Origin: Fidelibacterota bacterium
GTDB lineage: Bacteria; Fidelibacterota; Marinisomatia; Marinisomatales; Marinisomataceae
Direction: 5' to 3'
DNA length: 64,000 bases
Assembly: GCA_002701645.1 (NCBI GenBank)
Contig: NZWP01000012.1
Location: forward strand, 45,580 to 109,579
This document shows, piece after piece, positions 58,221 through 64,000 of the stretch. A program made the translations under genes and the position numbers. A model generated the notes under the pieces. The model did no database searches, had not been told where the DNA came from, and was given only the letters and a program-made list of their open reading frames with translations. Numbering within the stretch: position 1 is the stretch's first letter; each line of letters starts with the position of its first letter.

Positions 58221-59564
58221 ATGGAAAAACAATCTCGCTTAAACTCATTTTTATCTAACCCATCCCAGTCCTTGTGGACAATGGCTTTGCCTATTATTGC
58301 GGGGATGATGGTTCAAACCCTCTTTAATGTAGTAGATATTATGTTTATTGGATGGTTGGGAGCAGAAGAAGTAACAGCGGTAGCATTTGTAAGTCCATTA
58401 TTTTTTATTATTATAGGCCTAACAGTAGGTCTTGGAGCAGGAGTTACTGCTTCTATTGCGCAATTTATAGGCCAAAAAGACAAAAGAAATGCAGATAATT
58501 GCGCAGAACATACCATTTTGCTTGGTATTGGCATTACATTAACTCTGTCATTATTAGGTATTATTTTCGGAGAACAACTTTTAATGTTGTTAGGAGCGTC
58601 TGGTCATATTTTAGACATATCATACACATACTTAAAAGTTCTCTTGTATGGAATAGGGTTGGTGGTATTTTCTTTATTCTTCCGTGCAATTTTAGCCGGA
58701 GAAGGAGAAACAAAAATACCGATGATAATTGGCCTAATTGGTACTTTATTAAACCTTATTTTAGATCCGATATTTATTTTTGTTCTTGAATATGGAGTAA
58801 AAGGTGCTGCATTAGCTACGGTAATTAGCCAAGCAGTCATGGTAGTAAGTTACTTATTTATTATTTTCGTTAGAAAATCTACATATATCACTTTTAATAT
58901 TAGCGATTTTAAATATAGTCCTAGCATTATCAATACCATATTTAAGATTGGAATCCCATCTTCTATATCAATGATAATCATTTCTTTTGGACAAGTGGTG
59001 ATGAATAAGATTCTTATTAATTATTCGATAGAGGCGGTAGCAGCATATCAAATTGTGTCAAGAATCGATATGTTATTATTTATGCCAATATTAGGGATAG
59101 CGATTAGTTTAACGACTATGGTGGGAATGTTCTTTGGAGCAAAAGAATATGAAAAATTAGTATGGATTGTTAAGTATGGGATAGTAAGAGCGATTTATAT
59201 TACAGCAATCAGTGTGGCAATACTATTTATCTTTGCGCATAAGATTCTCCCTATTTTTACTGATAATTCCGAAGTACTGAATATAGGAATAACATATTTA
59301 CGTATTATCATCCTCGCATATCCTGCGGTAGGATTAAGCGTGATTTGTTCAAGAATATGTCAGGCTTTAGGTCAGGGATTACCATTATTAGTGACCACCA
59401 TTACAAGAGTTTTAATTATTACAGCACCCTTGTCTTATTATTTTTATATCACCGGTAAACCACTTGAGTGGGTATGGTATGCTCAAGTCTTTGCAATCTT
59501 AGTTGCCGCAAGTATATCATTTGGATGGTTACGTTATTATTTTAGAAAGTTTGCTATTGTTTGA
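58221..59564 (+). CDS. MATE family efflux transporter
   Basis: 12-TM protein whose N-terminal block LPIIAGMMVQTLFNVVDIMFIGWLG is typical of MATE/NorM. Confidence 0.85.
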   Translation: MEKQSRLNSFLSNPSQSLWTMALPIIAGMMVQTLFNVVDIMFIGWLGAEEVTAVAFVSPLFFIIIGLTVGLGAGVTASIAQFIGQKDKRNADNCAEHTILLGIGITLTLSLLGIIFGEQLLMLLGASGHILDISYTYLKVLLYGIGLVVFSLFFRAILAGEGETKIPMIIGLIGTLLNLILDPIFIFVLEYGVKGAALATVISQAVMVVSYLFIIFVRKSTYITFNISDFKYSPSIINTIFKIGIPSSISMIIISFGQVVMNKILINYSIEAVAAYQIVSRIDMLLFMPILGIAISLTTMVGMFFGAKEYEKLVWIVKYGIVRAIYITAISVAILFIFAHKILPIFTDNSEVLNIGITYLRIIILAYPAVGLSVICSRICQALGQGLPLLVTTITRVLIITAPLSYYFYITGKPLEWVWYAQVFAILVAASISFGWLRYYFRKFAIV

Positions 59565-59591
59565 TTTAGTCTTCACTCTTAATTTCATCTC

Positions 59592-60047
59592 ATGAAAGTT
59601 TTAAAAAATCTTAGCGAAGCAGAAGCCTTAGTAGGTCAAGAGCTCGGTCTTAGTAAGTGGCAGAAGATTACCCAAAGACAAATTTGGAAATTTGGCATGG
59701 TAACAGGAGATCGTCAATGGATTCACATGAATCCTATTCGCGCCAAACTATATTCTCCCTTCAAAACTACAATAGCCCATGGATTTTTAGTAGTCTCTTT
59801 ACTGCCTAAAATTTTAGAAGGGACTTATTCAATAGCATCAGCAAAAATGGGCGTTAATTATGGATTAAATCGCGTCAGATTTACTGCGCCTGTTCCTGTG
59901 GGGAGTTATATTAGAGGTCGCGTTATTTTAAAAAAATTCAAAAAAATAACAAATGGTGCGCAAATGATAGTTGAAGTAACAATTGAATTAAAAGGCAGTG
60001 AAAAACCTGCTTGCGTTGCAGAACAAGTATTTCTTGTTTACGAATAA
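59592..60047 (+). CDS. MaoC-like (R)-specific enoyl-CoA hydratase / hot-dog fold dehydratase
   Basis: About 150 aa with GD.QWIH......A......IAHGF, the MaoC dehydratase signature. Confidence 0.8.
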   Translation: MKVLKNLSEAEALVGQELGLSKWQKITQRQIWKFGMVTGDRQWIHMNPIRAKLYSPFKTTIAHGFLVVSLLPKILEGTYSIASAKMGVNYGLNRVRFTAPVPVGSYIRGRVILKKFKKITNGAQMIVEVTIELKGSEKPACVAEQVFLVYE

Positions 60048-60068
60048 AAAAAAGAGGGGGGGGATAAA

Positions 60069-60770
60069 ATGAGTATATTGCATTTAGTACGCCATGGACA
60101 AGCGTCATTTGGGGCAAATGATTATGACAATCTTAGCCCGAAAGGTGTTCAACAATCTATTGAACTTGGTAAAGCACTTGCAAAGCAACAATCTACATTT
60201 GATCATGTTATTGTTGGCCCACATCGACGACATATCCAAACATTTGAAGGAATTAAGGAAGGATATAGCCTAACAGACCTTCCAGAGCCTGTCATGGAGA
60301 AAGAATTTGCTGAAAATCAATTAATGGAAATTGCACAATATTTTATTCCAAAAATTTTAAACACATCAAAAACTACTAAGCAGATTTTTGAGGAATGTGA
60401 ACCAAAAGAACGTCATGATAAATTTTTAGAACTTTTCCAAATTGTTGCACAAAAATGGATGAATGAAGAGTTAGACTTAAGTAAGCCTGGTTTTGAAGGA
60501 TTTTCTGTTTTTCGCTCTCGTATAGCTAATGTTTTAAAAGGCATACAAGGTAGCTTGATAGATAAGTCCAATATTATGGTTGTTACATCAGGTGGTGCAA
60601 TCTCAGGAGTATACGCAGAAGTGATTTCGTGTTCGCATGAAGATATTCAGAAACTGAATTTTGGCATTAAAAATATGTCTATTTCAGAATTTTTAATGAC
60701 AACTGAGGGATTTACTTTAAAGGCTTTTAATAGTAGTTTAATACCAGAAGAATTAGAAACATTTATTTAA
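60069..60770 (+). CDS. Histidine phosphatase (PGAM-like) superfamily protein
   Basis: N-terminal LVRHGQASFG (RHG motif) and GPHRRHIQT. The usual downstream SHGG block reads TSGG, so the second catalytic His may be missing. Confidence 0.7.
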   Translation: MSILHLVRHGQASFGANDYDNLSPKGVQQSIELGKALAKQQSTFDHVIVGPHRRHIQTFEGIKEGYSLTDLPEPVMEKEFAENQLMEIAQYFIPKILNTSKTTKQIFEECEPKERHDKFLELFQIVAQKWMNEELDLSKPGFEGFSVFRSRIANVLKGIQGSLIDKSNIMVVTSGGAISGVYAEVISCSHEDIQKLNFGIKNMSISEFLMTTEGFTLKAFNSSLIPEELETFI

Positions 60771-60778
60771 GGGATAAT

Positions 60779-61975
60779 ATGGCAATACCAGACAAAGATT
60801 TTCAAGACATTAAAGACAGAATAGCAAAATTTGTTAAAGAAGAATTAGCTATTGATGAGAAAGAATTTAATGTCAAACATACATTTGAACAGCACCTACC
60901 TTATCTTGAAGAAAAAAGAAATCAAGTTAGAGAGATGGGTTTATTTTCACCTCAAATATCTAAAGAATATGGTGGTCTAGGATTAAGTCTTCATCAATTA
61001 GGTCAAATCTACGAGATCTTAGGAAATACTTTTTACGGCCTATATGTTTTTAATTGTCAAGCTCCTGATGCTGGAAATATGGAAATATTAATGGATCATG
61101 GAACGGACTATCAAAAAGAAACATTCTTAAAGCCCCTTATCGAAGGAAAAATTAGAAGTTGTTTTTCTATGACAGAACCAGAATTTGCAGGATCAAATCC
61201 TTTAATGATGGGTACAACTGCTAAAAAAGAAGGTTCTAATTATGTGATTAATGGACATAAATGGTTTACTTCCTCTGCGCAAGGTGCAAGCTTTGCTATT
61301 GTAATGGTGATGACTGATCCAGATAATCCTAATCCATATCTTCGTGCAAGTCAGATTATTGTGCCAACAGATACTGAAGGATTTAATTTTATTAGAAACA
61401 TATCAGTTATGGGCGATGAAGGTGATGGTTGGAATGCTCATGCTGAAATTCGCTATGAAAATTGTATAGTTCCTGAAAAAAATGTGCTAGGTAAACCAGG
61501 TACAGGATTTAAAATTGCTCAAGATAGATTAGGTCCAGGAAGAATTCATCATTGTATGCGTTGGATAGGAGAATGTGAACGTGCATTCACAATGATGTGC
61601 GAAAGAGCAGTGAGTCGCGAAATAGCACCAGGAAAACCTTTAGCAAGCAAACAAACTATTCAGAATTGGATTGCTGACTCTCGCGCTGAGATTAATGCTT
61701 CAAGATTGATGGTTCTTGATGCAGCGAGTAAAATCGATAAAAGCGGAGCTGCGTCTGCAAAAGTAGAAATTTCTACTATAAAGTTCTTTGTAGCTCAAGT
61801 ATTACAGAATGTGTTAGATCGTGCAGTTCAGACGCATGGAGCGCTCGGAATGACGGATGATACTTTCTTAGCATCTTTATGGAGACATGAAAGATCTGCA
61901 AGAATCTATGATGGAGCTGATGAAGTCCATAGATCTAGAGTGGCTAGAGAGATTCTAAAAGAATATTCAAAGTAA
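60779..61975 (+). CDS. Acyl-CoA dehydrogenase, ACAD10/ACAD11 (FadE2)-like
   Basis: ACAD fold (CFSMTEP, KWFTS, GPGRIHHCMRWIGECERA, IYDGADEVH). I associate the GPGRIHHCMR block with the ACAD10/11 clade, from memory and not searched. Confidence 0.85.
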   Translation: MAIPDKDFQDIKDRIAKFVKEELAIDEKEFNVKHTFEQHLPYLEEKRNQVREMGLFSPQISKEYGGLGLSLHQLGQIYEILGNTFYGLYVFNCQAPDAGNMEILMDHGTDYQKETFLKPLIEGKIRSCFSMTEPEFAGSNPLMMGTTAKKEGSNYVINGHKWFTSSAQGASFAIVMVMTDPDNPNPYLRASQIIVPTDTEGFNFIRNISVMGDEGDGWNAHAEIRYENCIVPEKNVLGKPGTGFKIAQDRLGPGRIHHCMRWIGECERAFTMMCERAVSREIAPGKPLASKQTIQNWIADSRAEINASRLMVLDAASKIDKSGAASAKVEISTIKFFVAQVLQNVLDRAVQTHGALGMTDDTFLASLWRHERSARIYDGADEVHRSRVAREILKEYSK

Positions 61976-61981
61976 ATTTTT

Positions 61982-63157
61982 ATGTTTTTTAAAAAGGTTA
62001 AGGTAGGTTTCAGAATTCCGCTAAAGCTTAAATTTTACCTTTTTCTATCAAAAATTTTTAAACAAAAGAATATTACTACCTTTTCAATAGATAAGCCCAA
62101 AGATATTCGAAAGGGTGAAGAATTTCCAATAGAGCCACTAACAAACTATCTAAACTCTCAGGGTTTTGATACAAACGGGCTTGCTGTCAAACAGTTTCCT
62201 AGCGGCTATTCAAATCTTACTTATTTTTTAAGCACTAATAAAAATGAATATGTATTAAGGAGACCTCCTTTTGGTGCTGATAGCTTGAAGGGTGGACATG
62301 ATATGTCTAGAGAATACAAGGTTTTGAGCAAGTTAAAATCTGAATTTAAGAAAGTTCCAGATGTGCATTTATACACAGAAGATAAATCTATTATTGGTGC
62401 ACCATTCTATATTATGGATTGTGTAAAAGGATATATTCTAAGACCTGATTTATCTCAAGAAAATGCACCTGATGCTAAGACTATATCAAAAATTGCAGAT
62501 TCACTTATTGATACATTAGTTAGTTTGCATCAAGTTGATATAGATAAGAGCGGGTTAAGTGATTTTGGTAAAATAGATGGTTATGTATCAAGACAGGTTT
62601 CAGGATGGACAGAGAGATATTTTCATGCCAAAACTCATTCGATTCCAGAAATGGAATTTGTTGCAAAGTGGTTGAATGAAAATCAACCTACAGAATCTGG
62701 TAAAGCTATTATTCATAATGACTTTAAATATGATAATGCAGTGCTCGATATAGATGATCCTACTAAGATTATTTCAGTACTAGATTGGGAGATGGCCACC
62801 CTAGGTGATCCTCTGATGGATCTAGGAACTACGCTTGGCTATTGGGTAGATCAGAATGATGCAGAAGAGTTAAAACTATTTCAACTAAGCCCTACGACAT
62901 TAAATGGTAACCCGTCTAGGCAAGAGATATTAACTATGTATGAGAGAAAATCAGGCAAACCAATAGACAATCCAGTTTTTTATTATGTCTTTGGTTTATT
63001 TAAGATAGCAATTATTGCTCAACAAATTTACTATAGATATCATAAAGGCTATACCAAGGATAAGCGATTTAGTATGTTAAGTGTGGCTGTCAATTCTTTA
63101 GGGATTATGGCTAATCAAGCGATTATTAAAAACAGAGTAAGTGATTTATTTGAGTAA
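61982..63157 (+). CDS. APH-fold phosphotransferase (ACAD10/11 kinase-domain / LvaA-like)
   Basis: Carries GYSNLTYFL, VLRRPP, the catalytic loop IIHNDFKYDNAVL and VLDWEMATLGDPLMDL. Confidence 0.8.
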   Translation: MFFKKVKVGFRIPLKLKFYLFLSKIFKQKNITTFSIDKPKDIRKGEEFPIEPLTNYLNSQGFDTNGLAVKQFPSGYSNLTYFLSTNKNEYVLRRPPFGADSLKGGHDMSREYKVLSKLKSEFKKVPDVHLYTEDKSIIGAPFYIMDCVKGYILRPDLSQENAPDAKTISKIADSLIDTLVSLHQVDIDKSGLSDFGKIDGYVSRQVSGWTERYFHAKTHSIPEMEFVAKWLNENQPTESGKAIIHNDFKYDNAVLDIDDPTKIISVLDWEMATLGDPLMDLGTTLGYWVDQNDAEELKLFQLSPTTLNGNPSRQEILTMYERKSGKPIDNPVFYYVFGLFKIAIIAQQIYYRYHKGYTKDKRFSMLSVAVNSLGIMANQAIIKNRVSDLFE

Positions 63158-63322
63158 GAAAGAGGTTTATTTATGAACAAAAAATATAGTGGACATTCAT
63201 GATGTAAGTTTGATTTTGATATTAATTCAGTAAATTTTTTGAAAAATGTTTCAGTTTGCTGGTTGGCACCTTAAATTGATTTAAATGCGATAAAAAAAGT
63301 CGGGGAGAAACAAAAATCTTTT

Positions 63323-64000
63323 ATGGATATAGGAATTAATCAGGCAATTTTAATTACTGTTAGTATACTATTTACTACCAATTTGATAGGATATATATAT
63401 ACTGCTTTAATTCTTCATACCAATCTTATTAATGATCATAGAATTCAACCCAAGAAATATTTTTCTCGACGTTTTTATCAAAGATTACCTTTAATACTAT
63501 TTAATATTTTCCTTTTATTAGCTGTAGGAGCTATTGGAGTATATTTATTTTATGATATACTTGATTTTTCCATTCCAACTCTTGGAGTTTTTCTATTGCA
63601 GTTAATTTTGATCTTTTTGATAGATGACTTGTATTTTTATCTTTATCATGCAGCCTTACATACAAAATTTCTATACAAACATATTCACAAAACACATCAT
63701 CGATCTACAATGCCTATCCCAATGGAATATATCTTTACGCATCCTCTTGAATGGTTTTTTGGTGCTATTGGTCCTTTTATCGGATTAGCAGTGATTGCAC
63801 TATTCATTCCTGAAATAAATATCTATGCTTTTTGGACTATGACTGCTTTAAGGAATTTACATGAATTAGATATTCATTCTGGAGTAAAGTCTTCAAAAGT
63901 TACATCTGCTATTCCTTTTTATGGCACAACAGAGCACCACGACCTTCATCATTCAAGAAATAAAGGGAATTATGCTTCAACATTTACGCTCTGGGATAAA
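63323..64000 (+). CDS. Fatty acid hydroxylase / sterol desaturase superfamily membrane protein (3' end outside the window)
   Basis: Not in the ORF track because it has no stop within the window. I translated it by eye from the ATG at 63323 as an open frame of 226 codons. The histidine boxes are HAALH, HKTHH and HHDLHH. Confidence 0.75.
   Translation, partial: MDIGINQAILITVSILFTTNLIGYIYTALILHTNLINDHRIQPKKYFSRRFYQRLPLILFNIFLLLAVGAIGVYLFYDILDFSIPTLGVFLLQLILIFLIDDLYFYLYHAALHTKFLYKHIHKTHHRSTMPIPMEYIFTHPLEWFFGAIGPFIGLAVIALFIPEINIYAFWTMTALRNLHELDIHSGVKSSKVTSAIPFYGTTEHHDLHHSRNKGNYASTFTLWDK

Noticed and set aside
63264-63279. TGGCACcttaaaTTGA upstream of the fatty-acid hydroxylase gene, considered as a sigma-54 promoter
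   Set aside because: The spacer is 6 nt rather than 5, and the -12 element is TTGA rather than TTGC. The invariant GC is missing.
1-64000. CRISPR arrays, tRNA/rRNA genes, IS elements and toxin-antitoxin or defence islands
   Set aside because: Intergenic spacers are almost all under 130 nt, and none shows a cloverleaf-compatible sequence, direct-repeat arrays or terminal inverted repeats. No ORF resembles Cas proteins, transposases or known defence proteins.

Overview
AT-rich, very gene-dense bacterial chromosomal segment. About 58 protein genes have recognisable products. I found no rRNA, tRNA, CRISPR array, IS element or prophage. Positions 1-43210 form one co-directional (+) array with many overlapping stop/start junctions (ATGA, TAATG). 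It carries cofactor and isoprenoid genes (pduO-type adenosyltransferase, ispH, pdxS/pdxT, dxs), a B12-dependent acyl-CoA mutase large subunit and a System I cytochrome c maturation cluster (ccmE-F-A-B-C plus two micro-ORFs). It also carries an archaeal-type GAPDH, tilS-ftsH-folP-cdaA, a PNPOx::MenA fusion, prfB (programmed +1 frameshift), lysS, lolCDE-like genes, dnaK and a MoxR/DUF58 module. The array ends with efp-accB-accC-gcvH, xerD, miaA, pyrB-pyrC and rplM-rpsI-rpsB-tsf-pyrH-frr. The remaining 21 kb switches strand several times. It holds class II (B12) ribonucleotide reductase with an unknown Trp-rich partner, a haloalkane-dehalogenase-like hydrolase and a fused indolepyruvate:ferredoxin oxidoreductase. 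It also holds an M43 metalloprotease with a T9SS C-terminal sorting domain, a PLP dehydratase, a TonB-dependent receptor with a poly-Ala insert, exported MsrB and a MATE pump. At the right end is a MaoC / histidine-phosphatase / ACAD / APH-kinase cluster resembling a split ACAD10/11 (Lva-like) 4-hydroxyacyl-CoA module. The T9SS sorting domain and the CarboxypepD_reg-TonB receptor suggest an FCB-superphylum-like marine bacterium (inference). I see no obvious defence island or mobile element. The points worth follow-up are residue-level or architecture-level oddities: ICM-type residues in the mutase, CxxxY CcmE, type II GAPDH, the MenA fusion, a sigma-54-like promoter at dnaK, and the split ACAD/kinase cluster. 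All family calls come from motif recognition by eye, with no database search.
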